Below, in pieces: positions 43,620-58,424 of a DNA stretch of 64,000 nucleotides. The first letter of the stretch is position 1. Each line of letters starts with the position of its first letter. This DNA is from the human T2T-CHM13v2.0 reference genome, Homo sapiens, in NCBI RefSeq assembly GCF_009914755.1, contig NC_060934.1; one strand, 5' to 3'. The notes under the pieces were generated by a model. It did no database searches. It worked only from the letters and a program-made list of their open reading frames with translations, and was not told where the DNA came from. The translations under genes were made by a program, and so were the position numbers.

Positions 43620-45940
43620 AAGTTTCTTACAGATTCTGGATATTAGACCTTTGTCAGATTCATAGTTTGTGAGTATTTTCTTTTATTCTGTGGGTTGTCT
43701 GTTTACTTTATTAATAGTTTCTCTTGCTGTGCAGGAGCTCTTTAGTTTAATTAGGTTCCACTTATCAATTTTTGTTTTCATTGCAATTGCTTTTGGGACT
43801 CAGCCAAAAATCATTTGCCAAGGCTGATGTCAAAAAGGCTATTTCCTAGGTTGTCTTCTAGGATTTGTATAGTTTAAGGTCTTACATTTAAATCTTTCAT
43901 ATATCTTGGTTAATTTTTATATATGCTGAAAAGTAAGGGTCTAATTTCGTTCTTCTGCATATGACTAGCCAGATATCCCAGCACCATTTATTGAATAGGG
44001 AGTTCTTTCCCCTTTGCTTGTTTCTGTCAGCTTTGTCAAAGATCTGATGATTATAGGTGTGAAGGCTTATTTCTCAGTTTCCTACTCTGTTCCATTGGTC
44101 TATGTGTCTGTTTTTGTACCAGTAACATGCTGTTTGGGTTACTGTGGCCTTATAGTATAGTTTGAAGCCAGGTAGTATGATACCTCCATCTTTGTTCTTT
44201 TTGCTTAGGATTGCTTTGACTGTTTTGTGTCTTTTTTGGTCTCATATAAATTTTAGAATATTTTTTCTCTAATTCTACAAAGAATAACATTGGTAGTTTG
44301 ACAGAAATAGCATTGAATTTGTAAATTGCTTTGGGCAGTATGGCCATTTTAATGATATTGATTCTTCCAATCCATAGGCATGGAATGGCTTTCCATTTAT
44401 TTGTATTATCTCTGATTTATTTCAGCAGAGTTTTGTAGTTTTTGTAGAGATCTTTCACCTCCTTTGTTAGGTATATTTTTAGTATTTCATTTTCTTTGTG
44501 GTTATTGTAAATGGAATTGTGTTCTTGATTTGACTCTCAGCCTGGGCACTATTAGTGTATAGAAATACTATTGATTTGTCTACGTTAACTTTTTTCTCCT
44601 GAAACCTTGCTAAAATCATTTATCAGTTCTGTTAGCCCTTTGGCAGAGTCTTTCGGGCTTTCCATTATAGAATCATGTTGTCAGTGAAGAGAGAGAGTTT
44701 GACTTCTTTTCCTAGTTGGATGCCTTTTATTTCTTTCTCTTGCCTGATTGCTCTGGCCAGGACTTTCAATAGTATATTGAATGATATAGTATAGGAGTGA
44801 TGAGAGTGGACATCCTTGTCTTGTTCCAGTTCTCAAGGGGAATGGTTCTGGCTTTTGCCTGTTCTGTAAGATGCTAGCTGTGGGTTTGTCATAGATGGCT
44901 CTTATTATTTTGAGGTATGTTCCTTTGATGCCAAGTCTGTTGAAGGTTTTATCATGAAGGGATGTTGGATTTAATCAAAAGCTTTTTCTGCATCTATTGA
45001 GATAATCATATGGTTTTCACTTTTGATTTTTTATGGGTTAATTACATTTAATGTAAAAAGTGAAAAAATTTTAAGTAAAAGTGAAATGGTTTTCACTTTT
45101 AATTGTTTATGTGGTTAATTACATTTATAGACTTGCCTGTGGTGAACCAACCTTGCACTCCAGGAATAAAGCCCACTTGGTTATGGTGAATTAATGTTTT
45201 GATGTGCTGTTGGATTCAGTTTACTAGTATTTTGTTGAAGACTTTTGGGACTGTGTTAATCAGGGATATTGGCCTAAAGTTTTCTTTCATTGAATCTATG
45301 CCAGATTTTTGTAGTAGGCTGATACTGGCTTCATAGAATGAGTTGGGAAGCAGTCCCTCCTCCTCATTTTTTTGGAATAGTCTCAATAGGATTGGTGGCA
45401 GTTCTTTATACATCTGGTAGAATTCAGCAGTAAATCCATATGGTCCAGAGTTTTATTTGGTTGGTAGTTTTTTTTTTAATGATTCAATTTTATTGCTTGA
45501 TATTGGTCTATTCAGGGTTTCAATCTCTTCCTGATTCAATAAATTACTGCTTCCAGTAATTTATCTATTTCCTCTAGACTTTCTAGTTTGTATAAATAGA
45601 GTGGTTCATAGTATTCTCTGAGGATCTTTTGTATCTCTGTGGTATCAGTTGTAATGTCATCTTTGTCATTTCTGATTGTATTGATTTCGATATTTTTTTT
45701 TCTGTGTTAATTTAGCTAGCAGCCTATCAATCTTGTTTGTTGTTTTAAAGAGCCAACTCTTGGTTTCATTGCTCTTTATGGATTTTTGCATCTGAATTTT
45801 ATTTAGTTCTCTAATTTTAGTAATTTATTTTCTTCTGATAGCTTTGGGATTGGTTTGTTCTTTCTTATTGTTCTATTAAGTGAAAAGTTAGATTGTTAAT
45901 TTGATATTTTTTAACTTTTTGATGAAGGCATTTAGGGCTT
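43620..45940 (-). mobile_element. L1PA/L1PB ORF2 (RT region) fragment, disrupted
   Basis: Peptides [14 protein letters not shown] and [15 protein letters not shown]...NFRPISLIN match L1 ORF2p. Confidence 0.95.
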
Positions 45941-47104
45941 ATTAATATTTTTGAATCCCTAACTAATATGGTATGAAGTTGTTTTCTTGCAGGAGGGTGA
46001 TCAAACTCTAAAAATTATCATTGGTTTTAAAAATAACATTAGGTGATACACTGAAAATTTCAGTTTATTTGACACCATGATGAAAAAGATAAAAATTATT
46101 TTAAAGTATATCTCTACTTTAGTTAGTACAAAATTTATATTTTCTTCCATTAAAATGAAAAATATTTTCCATATGCCTGATCTTTTCAGAAAGGTTAATC
46201 TCCAAAATATAACCAACAATCTTTGTTAGTTAAGGTATTTATATTGTTCACGGAAGAAAATCCTCTCTTAAATACAACTAGAAGCAACCTGTTTAATATT
46301 ACTAAAGATTGTGACATGTGGCTTCCATGTCCTGCTTTGTCAAAATAGAAGCAGAAGAAACAATGCTGGAAGAGAAATGGAAATGAGAAAGACCATTACA
46401 AATCATCTACAGATAAACATAAAATTTATAACTAAACAATATGGGGTGTGAATTATCAAAGACAGAAAAGTTATTCAAGGTCTAATCCAGAATCACTTCT
46501 GTACTGGTTTATGTCTTGGGAGTTTAAAATGTAAGGCATTGCAAGAGTTGTACGTGTAAGCAATGGAGTTTCTTTTGTATTAAGAAAGAAGTCTATATTT
46601 ATCGAAACTCAAAAACTTCCTGGTAATTTAATTCAAAATGCTTCCTACAACCCATCAGCTGTCCCTTCATCTTCAGACTGGTAAGATATTTTCCAACCAA
46701 CTGTTTTTCATAACTGGGCCTGAGGTCATGTTCACATCCAGACCTGTATTTTTCACCTTGCTCGATACTTTGCCCTTTTAACACTTCTAAATCAGAAATA
46801 ACTAAGTTCTGCCACACCATTCTCAGGGAATGTCTCTCTGGGAAGAACAGAGGTTGTTAGAATGCTTTCCTTAGAGACTCCTTTGAAATTGTATTGTCCT
46901 GTACAACAAATAATAGACTAGGAGTCAGGAAAACCACATGTTGAGCAACTCACCTAACACGTCTAGGCTTCAGATATTTTTATCAGCTTCCGTAGAAAAA
47001 AAATGTATTTAAATTTAACAAAGTGAAATTGCTACATTATTGTCCATTTTTTGAGATTTTTGCCAGTTATCAATTTATTGCCTCTCAATTCCAAATCCAC
47101 CCTT

Positions 47105-47880
47105 TTTTAATTTAAAAAAATTTTGTAACACTGCATTGAGATGTAATTCATGTACTGTACAATTCACCCTCTTAAAATTTTCAATTTCATAGTTTTTAAT
47201 ACTCACAGAGTTGACAATTATCACCACAATCAACTTTAGAACATTTTTATCAACCCAAAAAGAAACCCCATACCTTTCAGTAATCACCTCTCAATTCTTC
47301 ATCCTCTCCCCATCAGCCCTCAGCAACTGCTAATCTACTTTCTGTCTCTATAGTTTTGCTCATCCTGGACCCTTCATCTAAATGGAACCATAAAATATTT
47401 AGTCTTTTGCAACTGGCTTCTTGCACTTGGCATCATGGTTTCAACTTTCACCCATGTTGTAGCATATATCAGTACTTCATTTCTTTTATTGCCAAATAAC
47501 ATTCCATTGTATGGATATGCCCCATTATATTTATTCTACCAGTTGATGGACATTTGTGTTGTGTCTACTTTGTAGCTGTTACGAATAATGCTGCTGGGAA
47601 CATTTCTGTACAGGTGTTTATGTGGATGTGCGTTTTCATTTCTCTTTTTTGTTTTTATTTTTATCCCTGGGAGTGAAACTGTTGCATCATATGCTAACTA
47701 TATGTTTAACCATTTGAGGACCTCCCAGATTATTTTCCAAAGCAGCTGCACCACTTTCCCTTCCCGTAAGCAGTGTATGGACACCAACTGCTCCACACTC
47801 TCACCTACACTTGTTACCTGTCTTTCTGACACCTTTTGGACAGTAACAACCATCTTAGTACATGTGAAGTGGTATCTTAT
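47105..47880 (-). mobile_element. L1MB 3' end
   Basis: Antisense L1MB 3'UTR and ORF2 end (…gtggtatctt). Confidence 0.8.
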
Positions 47881-48407
47881 TGTAGCATCCACCCTTCTTT
47901 GCAGTGCTCTGTGAGACACAGCATTTTTTTTTCTTTGCTGCCACGAAGTGAAACTTTTCTGTATAGGCTGTGGAAGGGATGCCAGAAGAGGGAGGAGATT
48001 CTTCCTGATTTTGGTATGCTTTTCTTCTCTTTCCTAAAGCAAGGCTGCTAGTGGCATGCAAGAGACCTACTGATGTTCACCTTCCTCCAAGTTTGGCTGG
48101 CTCCTAGGCAGGCAACTTCCTTCTCACCAGCCCCAAACTCTACAAACTTGGAAGAGGGTTCCCCACCTACTGCAGACCAGCTCGGGTCAGAGACAGCTCA
48201 GGAACTTCATCGGCATAGGCTACCAGTGCCTTAGGCCACAGCTGGTCCGCAGCTGGTGGGGATCCCTCTTCCAAGTTTGTCCTTCGTGGATTCTCTTTCC
48301 CTTAGCCCTAAAGGGAGTAACTGTCGCCTATCTTTGCTATTGCTGTGTTGTTTGGAATTTTCCTTTTTCCCTTTTACTAATTGTAATTCCTAGTTAATAA
48401 TATTTGT

Positions 48408-48560
<153 letters not shown>

Positions 48561-50439
48561 CTAGTTAATCATCTTTCTCTTAAATAGTCCTTTGTATATA
48601 TTACTGATGTGATCTCTATTACTGATGTGATCTCTATTACCTGTCTGGACCCTGACAGATATAAGATTCACCATCTTTTAATGCAACATTTTTTTAAATT
48701 AATCATATCAGCACTACTCTAAAACAGAGTTCAATTATTTTTTAGAAACTTAGGTGCATTAAACTACCATTGTAATGTGGTCTAAACGACTTTTACAAGT
48801 TTTCCACAGGATCATAATGTAAAAATATCTAGTAAACAATTGTAAAAAGAAAATTATAAAGGGAAATTCTAAAACTGCTGAATTGTTATCATTTCAATGA
48901 ACAAACTGTAGTTTTATATGATACTTTACTTTCAAATTTTAATCAGCTATCATTTGAAACAAATGCAAACACATGTGTCCAACACAAAAACAAAAGTTGG
49001 AATCAGCTGCTTCATGTATTTGCAATATATGTGTCCCTTTAGCAGCTACTTTCTATCACATTCAGTCTAAAGGTTACGATCTGTCTTCAAATTACAGGTG
49101 AAATGAGAGCACTTGCTTATGATACAGAAGAAAATGGACTAAGGAGAGCTTTCTCTAGCCATTAAGATCAAATTATAATGGAAACTAAGGAAGTGGTTCT
49201 GCATTGTCATCAGTTAGAACTGCCAAGTTTATAGCGAACCAGTCTGGCGTAGGCACGGCCCCAAACTGGATGGAACTCTATTCATCCTTCTCTAATTTAT
49301 TTTTATCTTGCTACTTCCTTAAAGCTGCCTTAAATCATGTCAGAAGTCCACATCCATGCTCAATACCCAGCATTTGTTCTGGCACCTGCTGACCTTTTGC
49401 TTTTATGTTGTTCATTTGATACTTTCTATTCAACATATAATTGTTGGTAAATCCTGATGTGAATGTCCATGCTACAGCATTGTAGCCCTGAGGTACCACC
49501 AGATACCAAAAAAAAAACTGACTATAATTATTAAGAAGCCATTAACCTGGGCTACTCAAGTGAAAAATAAAGCATCAAAATTTTACTCTCAGGTCAATGT
49601 GAACATGGCTATGAAGGCATTCAAACTAAGCTCCAGATTGCTCTGCAGAAACACAGCCTGACCTTCATTACCATGATGCTATCATTGAAGTTGTACACAG
49701 GCTACAATTCTCAAGATGACTCCTTGAAAAATTTAAAAAATTTATTTTTAAAATTTCTCTAGAATAACAGTGTTGGGCATCTGTTAAATAGAGCAGTCTT
49801 ATGGCTCTCCTGACCAGTTAATAGGAACAAGGCTATACAGCCCAGAATCCCAAAGTAGGAGTATCTCAATGCAGTACCTCCTTTTGTTCCATTACATCCC
49901 CAGACACATAATACTTCCCTATGAGACGAAGAAAAGGGCATAGACTTTGAGATGGCCAAACAGGGTTCAAATCAGGCCTCTATCAGAAAAAGCACCATGA
50001 GTTTGCCAAATCATTGACTTCTCTAGGCCACCATAAAGAGGGCAAAATACTACCTACCAAACACAGTTATCATACAGGTTAAAATAAGGAAGATAAAACT
50101 TGTAGGCAATTCCTGGCACATGCTAACTGTTGAACAAATGGTTATTAGGAGTGTGATGAGAGGAAATGATATAGCACTGTCTTTAAAGTTGATGAGCTCA
50201 CGCACAGTGAAAGAATGGCATTGATATTATCGCATTTGGTGTAAATGGCTAAAAAACAAAAGCAACTTCTTATAAATTTGTGGTATGTCTCTGTCATCAT
50301 TCAAACATCAAGTATGACACTATCTCATAAGTCAATGTTCCCAACCATACGTGAAAGTTCCATACAACAGTCTATAGGGTAATTTGCCTTCTGTAGGCGA
50401 AACTGTGGTTTACCAAGTGTTATTAACTAAATATCTATC

Positions 50440-50770
50440 ACCTCTTGTCCACCAAAATGTATATGTTGAATCCCTAACCCCTAGTATGACTATATTTGGA
50501 GACAGGGACTTTAAGGAGGTAATTAAAGTAAAATGAGGTCAAAAGGGTGGGGCTCTGATCTGATAGAATTAGTGTCCTTAGAAGAAGAGACACCTGAAAG
50601 CTTCCTCTCTTTCCTCCCCTTCCAAGGATTCATGCATCTGAGAAAAGTCCCTGTGGGGACATAGTAAGAAGGCAGCCACCAGCAAGCCAGGAAGAGAGCT
50701 CTCACCATAAACCAAATCAGCCAAAACCTTGATCTTGAACTTTCTAGCCTCCAGAACTGCAAGAAATTCA
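50440..50770 (+). mobile_element. MLT1B-type LTR fragment
   Basis: tatttggagacaggg...aggtaattaa...ctccagaact motifs. Confidence 0.7.
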
Positions 50771-51510
50771 GCCCAAGCTGATTGAGATACCAGTCAATTC
50801 CTAAAGTGTGCTTGAAAGAATGACAAGTCTCAGAAAAAAATTATATATTCCTTGAGTATCTTTAATTCTTACATATAGGGGTTGAGCTCACTTACATGCA
50901 TAACATGTACAACTTAGCATTCCTGATGTTTCAACAGATAATTTACTGTTTATAACCCTAATAAATGCCTCTCATTACTAAAAGGCTAGAAATATTGAAA
51001 TATATTTAATCAGAAACCGCTTGATGGCAAACTGGCTTTTATAAGATTAAATACATGAATAGGAGGCATTGCATTAAAACCACTAAGAAATATTTAAATG
51101 TAAGAATTTAAATAGCCAGTTTCAAGACAATAATTATGTCTTTTGAATGAAAATGCCCTAGACTACTTCAGGTACATCCTATATTCCTATCTTTGATGTT
51201 TCAAAACATGTGTAGTTTTTTAGTGACTTCAGTATTCATGGCTTGAGTGTGCTAGTTGATGTCAAACATGACTGGCAGGCACATTGCCACTGAATGTGGC
51301 TGAAAATAAGCCACACACAGAGCCAACAGCATCATCTGCAGCGGGCTTAAGAATCACAGCATCACAGATCAGAGACTGACTTCTTATCAACCCTCCAGCT
51401 CCATCTCAAGCCTTTATTTCACAGCCACATCCAGGACGCAAGCCCTCTCTTATATGTCTGTAGTGTTCAGTCCAGAGTTACTGCACAGTGTTGAGATCTT
51501 GCTTATTCAT

Positions 51511-52470
51511 TGAAGGAGTGGCCTGCCCCTCCACACTTGTGGGTGTTTCTCATCGGGTGGGACAAGAGACTGAGAAAAGAAAGAGACACAGAGACAAAGT
51601 ACAGAGAAAGAAAAGTGGGCCCAGGGGACCAGCGCTCAGCATACAGAGGACCTGCGCTGGCACAAGTCTCTGATTTCCCTCAGTATTTATTGATCATTAT
51701 CTCTACCATCTCAGAGAGGGGGATGTGGCAGGATGATAGGGTAATAGCGGGTAGAGGGTCAGCAGGAAAACATGTGAACAAATGTCTCTGTGTCATAAAG
51801 AAGGTTAAGAAAAAGGTGCTGTGCTTTGATGTGCACATACATAAACATCTCGGTGCATTAAAGAGCAGTATTGCCGCCAGCATGTCTCACCTCCAGCCTT
51901 AAGGCGGTTTTCTCCTATCTCAGTAGATGAAACATACAATTGGGTTTTACACCAAGACATCCCATTGCCCAGGGACGAGCAGGAGACAGATGCCTTCCTC
52001 TTATCTCAACTGCAAAGAGGCCTTCCTCTTTTACTAATCCTCCTCAGCACAGACACTTTACGGGTGTCGGGCTGGGGGATGGTCAGGTCTTTCCCTTCCC
52101 ATGAGGCCATATCTCAGGCTATCACATGGGGAGAAACCTTGGACAGTACCTCGCTTTCCTAGGCAGAGGTCCCTGCGGCCTTCCACAGCGTATTGGGTAC
52201 TTGAGATTAGAGAGTGGTGATGACTTTTAACAAGCATACTGCCTTCAAGCACTTGTTTAACAAAGCACATCCTGAGTAGCCCTAAATCCATTAAATCTTG
52301 AGTCAACAAAGCACATGTCTCTGTGAGCATAGGGTTGAGGATAGGGTTACAGATTAACAGCATCTCAAGGCAGAAGAATTTTCCTTATACAGAACAAAAT
52401 GGAGTCTCTTATGTCTACTTCTTTCTACATAGACACAGTAACAGTCTGATCTCTCTTTCTTTTCCCCACA
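51511..52470 (-). mobile_element. HERV-K(HML-2) LTR5 solo LTR (LTR5B-like)
   Basis: Reverse complement begins TGTGGGGAAAAGAAAGAGAGATCAGACTGTTACTGTG and ends ...CCTTCA; 960 bp; TSD TTCAT; minus-strand AATAAA at 51686-51691. Confidence 0.93.
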
Positions 52471-55400
52471 TTCATGGGTGAAACCAGGAATAATTTTTTA
52501 ACTAGGCTTTGGTACCAAACATTTCAGTTTGGCATATAAAGCTCCTTTGATTATTCTACGGATACGAAGTCTGCCTTTTTTGCTCATTATCTGACTTAAG
52601 GACTAGGGGAAAAAAGGCACTTTGCTGATTCCCTAAGTGTTATATAACAATAAACAAGTCAGAGTTTGTAGAGGCAAACAGGAATGCTCACACATTACTG
52701 TGAAAACATCAGTGATAAGTAACCACCATCTTTCAAATAATCTGATCTATGCACAACTAAGCTGGATACTACATTTTCTCCATAGTACCAGCCTTATGAC
52801 AAATTTGCAAGTTTTATGAATTTTAAAGAAACAATGGAATTCTATAGGGCAGATTCAATAGAAAGAAAAAAGCATGGCAATTATTATAACCACCTGTATA
52901 CTAAACACTAACTTCTGAAGACTGACTTACAGGGAGGAAAAAATGCAAAGAAAATGATAAAGGTAAGCAGCAAAAGGCAAGAGTCCTTGAGGGTTCTATG
53001 AATAAGCAAATAATAAAATATAACCAAATATTTGAAAGAAAGCCCAAAATACTCTTAAAAAGTAGAGAAAGATTGAGAGTATAAATAAATGGGATAAAAA
53101 GTAAATAAAAGCATAACAAATATCAATCATTTCAGCATTTACATGTTGAACTTCATTGGTAAATACAACTTTAGTTTATAAAAAGCCTTATCATTTTTAT
53201 TAATATCATAGTTAACTGAACAAGTGAGAAGTATCCACATGTCTTACAGCTAAAGTGTTCTTATGAGCTTTGCTTAAACAAATACAAGTAGATGTTGGCT
53301 TGACTCAAAGTTAGGTGTACATAATTTCTGTGGCATTTATTTAGTAACTTTTTTTTGTTCAGTAAATGTAAGAAAGTCCTGAATTTACTGTACTAGTTGA
53401 AGTTAGAGCTTATGTTTAATCCAAATCTCTTTAGCTGTAATTCTCAGGAAATAAGACTATATTTTGTATAGGTTTTTTTAAAAAGACTGGTCTTCTTTTT
53501 ATGGAGTTGATCCCACTGACAATGACTCAAATATATTTCAAAAGCCCAGTCCTATTAAGTGTTGATTTCACAATATGTAAACACTGGGTAGTGCTCTTTC
53601 GGGAGAATTCAAAATATTTCAGTAGGGTTTTACTAGTTTCCAAGGACATTGGGTAGCAATCCATATAATAGACATGCTAGTCCCATGTCTTGAGCAAACT
53701 GATAGGTTCTTCCAAGAACACAACCAGGAAAACCAGTGATCATGGTGCAGCTGTGAGTCTCAAAAGAAGAAAGAAGACTTACATCATCTTCCAGGCTTCC
53801 CTTGGGCATCTGACCACATTTGCTGCGCAATTGCAACTGGCTGGATATCATCATGAGCCAACTGATTTAAGGCAATGTTAACTATATTACGCTAGTGGAT
53901 CAGCTATGTTAACAACACCGTTTGCAGCAAACCTAACATACTTCTAAGCAAATCAACCAGAACAGACCAGATGTGTCTGTTTCTCTTGAGATTTAAGTAG
54001 ATAAGTAGATTGAAACACAATAATTTGTCAGGACATAGTCCAGTAGGTAATTCTGTCCTGGAAACAGTGGCTAAAAGAGTCATAGAAATTGCTGATGGGA
54101 TCCAGAGGAGATTAAACATGCTCACGTCAGAGCTGTCTCCAAAACAGCACACAAGACACTCGGCAGGGGAGAGAATCTCAACGTCCATCAGCTCTCTGGC
54201 CTGGACCCCAAACTGGTCCAAAAGTAGAGAGTACTGTGGCTGAGTAATTGATACCTGATTGCATACATTCATCAGTTTTACATTTGTACCATTCTTGCTG
54301 ATATAAGAGATCAAGGGAAACCCTTCATGGCCACCAGAGGCACCCATGGAATAGAAAATCTGGTTAAAAACAAACTTGTTATTGGTAAGCTTCCATGAAC
54401 CACACGGCCCTCCCAACATGGAATAGGCTGGTCATGTGTGGATAAGATATGGTTCATTTTAAACTAGGATGACAGTTACTGACACTGCATTGCTGTTGAA
54501 ATCTGTGCATTCGTGGCCACTGCTCTATGTCATGAGACATCCAAAACAAGCTGAATAGGTATGTGAAGATCATACCAATGGTAGTCTTTGCTTTGGCTGC
54601 AAAGCTGATGAGGACTTCTGAGGCTTACTTTGAGGACATGACCAGGCCTCACTTGGGCAAGCTGCTGACACCAGTGCTCCAAGAGTACCTCCTCCTAGGG
54701 GGCTCATTCCCAGCTCCACTGAGCTCAGATACTTCCGCACTGTAATTTGAATTTAAGGAGAACTAGAGAGAGTTTCTGCAGTTGTGTTTTACAGCATAAT
54801 TGAGGTCAGCCCATAGTAAACAGCATTGCCTGAATGCCATCCTCACTGGATGCTACAGAACCAGCTTCCTCTCCTTTTACTTTGAGTTTTAGCCCAGGAT
54901 AGGTTTAAGCAGAAGAAGACCTGGCTGAGGGTCACTCAACATCTGCAGCCCAGGTCTTGGCAAGCTGATTTCCACCAGGTTCTGAACAAGCCATGCCTGA
55001 CAAGTCTGGCATTCTTGCACTTCTTTATTGAAGAAATAGCCACCACCACCCAATCCCAGTATAGCATCTTTCTCAGCAACACCCAGGCACTGGAAGCCAC
55101 CTATTTAGAAAGGAAATAATATGCATAGCATCTATACTTTTAAATAACTTTTGAGAAAATAGTTCATAGTTAGATTAAAAGATTTACTACCATTTATGTG
55201 AGAGGAAATAAAATATTTAAAAGAACAAGTGGTCTATAAACAACCTTGCTTGCAGAAAGTATTAAAATATATTAGAAAAAAAGAAGAATTTAGATAGAAG
55301 GCGTAAAGAAGTCGTAGGGTTTGGAAGAGTTGGAGATTATATTTCTGCAAGCAAATCCAGACAGAGAAAAGTTAAGAAAAACCTACCAGGACTTGAATAC

Positions 55401-56667
55401 TGCGCTTTTTTCTGTTGTTGATAAGAAAAAAGTGCTTGAGAAAACTGATGGTGCCAAGTCACAATGTTGTGCTGGCTTCTGCTCTGCTTTCTCGGAGAAT
55501 TTCCAGGGAATCATTACTCTGCATCCGGTGGGAAGGGGTGGGGGTAACATCCCTAGGCCTATCTGAAAGCTTCCTCTTAGCTACACAGCATGTATAAGTG
55601 AGATAATACAAAGCCTTTTTAGCTTAGTCACTGAAAATGCGCTTGCCAATTCAAGGTAAAAATGGTCACTTCCAGTTTGAAACTTTGGGTAAATACTCAG
55701 TCACTTCAAAACAATCCCCCTCCCTCCCTCCTCCTCCTCTTTCACTGTCTTTTCTTCCCAGGGATGATATAAGTTCCTGAGGGACCTGGCTGGCCCCGAT
55801 GCCTAGACATCCCTCTAGGTCAGATCACTAGAATGACGTTAAAGTTGTAGTCTAACATCAGAAGAGAATAAATGTAGATTTGAAGCCCTGCCAGACAGAA
55901 ACAGTTCATTCATATTCTACAGATATTTATCAGGTACCTCCCACATACCAGATGCTGACTGGGTACTGGACTCCACAGTGATTAAAATAGATAAAAACCT
56001 GCCTTCATTGAGCTTTCATTCTAGTGGGAGGGAAAGCAGAAAGTAAATAACATGAGAAAATACTTAATTTTCTCAATCAAGTTATCTTATATTAAACACA
56101 ACTTGACTAATTGTAACCAAGCCATTTTCATTGTTGCCACCAGATAGCTCATGACAGACAGACACTGAGCCCAAATGCCATTATTACTACTAATCCACCA
56201 AGGCCCTTCTCCTCTGAGTCCACATACTACCTAAGGATCCTTCTTAGCACAATTCTCCAGGTATTTCTTACCAATAAGGACAGTCATCCAAGAAATAATA
56301 GTATTCTTTTGATATCCAGAATATAGCTCAAACTAGGTGCTATGGTCTTAATGCTTGTGTTACCCCAACATTTTCATGTTGATACCTAATCCCCAGTGCA
56401 ATAATATTAAGAAGTGGGACTTTGGGGAGGTGATTAGATCATAAGAGTTCCACCCTTGTGAATGGGATTAGTGCCCTTATCAAAAAGTCTTAAAGGAACT
56501 TGTTTGCCCCTTCCTTCTGCCTTGCTAGGACACAGCTCAGAAGGTGCCATCTTTGAAGCAGAGAGGGAGCCCTCACCAGACACCAAATCTGCTACTGCCT
56601 TTGTCTTGGACTCTCCAGCCTCCAGAACTGTAAGCAAGAAATTTCTGTTATCTACAAATTATCCAGT

Positions 56668-57569
56668 TGATAAGGTTTGGCTCTGTGTGCCCACCCAAAT
56701 CTCATCTTGAATGGTAATCCCCAGTGTTGGGGGAAGGGACCTGGTGGGAGGTAATTGGATGATAGTGGTGGTTTCCCCTTGCTGTTCTCTTAATAGTCAG
56801 GGAGTTCTCACAAGATCTGATGGTTTAAAAATGTGTGGCACTTCCCCCATGTATTAGTCAAAGTTCTCTAGAAGGACAGAAATAATGAGATAGATGTATT
56901 TATAAAGGGAAGTTTATTAAAGAGGATTGACTCACACGATCACAAGGTGAGGTCCCACAATAGTCCATCTGCAAGCTGAGGAGCAAGGAAGCCAGTCTGA
57001 GTCCTAAAACCTCAAAAGTAGGGAAGACAACAGTACAGCCTTTAGTCTGTGGTCAAATGTCCAAGAGTCTTAAAGCTGTAGAACTTGGAGTCTGATGTTC
57101 GAGGGCAGGAAGCATCCAGGACAGCAGAAAGATGGAGGCCAGAAGACTAAGCCAGTCTAGTCTTTGCACGTTCTTCTGCCTGCTTGTATCCTAGCCATGC
57201 TGGCAGCTGATTAGTTTGTGCCCACCCAGATTGAGGGTGGGTCTGCATCTCCCAGTCCACTGACTCAAATGTTAATCTCCTTTGGCGACACCTTCACAGA
57301 CACACCCAGGAGCAATACTTTGCATCCTTCAATCCAATCACCTTGACACTCAATATTAACCATCACACCACCTCACTCTCTCACCTGCTGCCATGTGAAG
57401 AAGCTGCTTGCTTCCCCTTCACCTTCCATCATGATTGTAAGTTTCCTGAGGCCTCTCAGTTATGCTTCCTGTTAAGCCTGTGAAACTATGAGTCCCTTAA
57501 ACCTCTTTTCTTCATAAATTACCCAGTCTCAGGTAGTTCTTTACAGCAGTGTGAGAACAGATGGATACA
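56668..57569 (+). mobile_element. MST LTR (middle element of the nest)
   Basis: tgataaggtttggctctgtg...; 5-bp TSD CCAGT at 56663-56667 and 57570-57574. Confidence 0.85.
56850..57367 (-). mobile_element. MLT2A (HERV-L) solo LTR (inner element of the nest)
   Basis: Reverse complement starts TGTGATGGTTAATATTGAGTGTCAA and ends ...CTAATACA. Confidence 0.88.
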
Positions 57570-58117
57570 CCAGTCTATGGTATTTTGTTACAGCAGCCCA
57601 AATAGACTAAGACACTGAGTTTCAAGCTTAATTCTCCAGTGCACCATCCCCCAAATTTTCACAGTTATCTTGAAAGGTAATGACTCTCTTGACCCTAATA
57701 ATTTAAAAATGTTTTGGAAGAATTTTTGGATAGAGTAGAAATTCAGAAAAAAAAATGATCTCGACATTTCTAAATTTAAGATACTATTCTACTGTCAAAC
57801 ATTGAAAGCCATATATGCACCTTCATATATAAGTGTACATATGTGCTTTATGTATTTTATGCTCATATGTGTTTTATATGTGTATGCAAGGGAAAGAGTA
57901 GAAAACAGGCTGAACCAATGATTTCCAGTACTATAAAATAGAGACATTATATATTAATTAAAATTCTCTGAGTTAACATAAAATTATCTAAATCTGCATA
58001 AAGAAAGCTAAAGCATTATCTAACACACTACAATTAAATTTAGGGAAAAGTAAACAAATCTGAGAAAAATGTATTATCCTGAGGTGGTTAATTATTAGCC
58101 TTCACAAGTTCAACATA

Positions 58118-58424
<307 letters not shown>

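Larger units (their letters stand above)
56338..57614 (+). mobile_element. MLT1A LTR (outer element of a nest)
   Basis: tgctatggt...; resumes after the MST with ...ttgttacagcagcccaaatagactaagaca. Confidence 0.8.

Noticed and set aside
48601-48640. Short perfect tandem duplications (also about 22493-22525 and 5921-5971)
   Set aside because: Ordinary slippage events; not CRISPR-like (no spacers, eukaryotic context)
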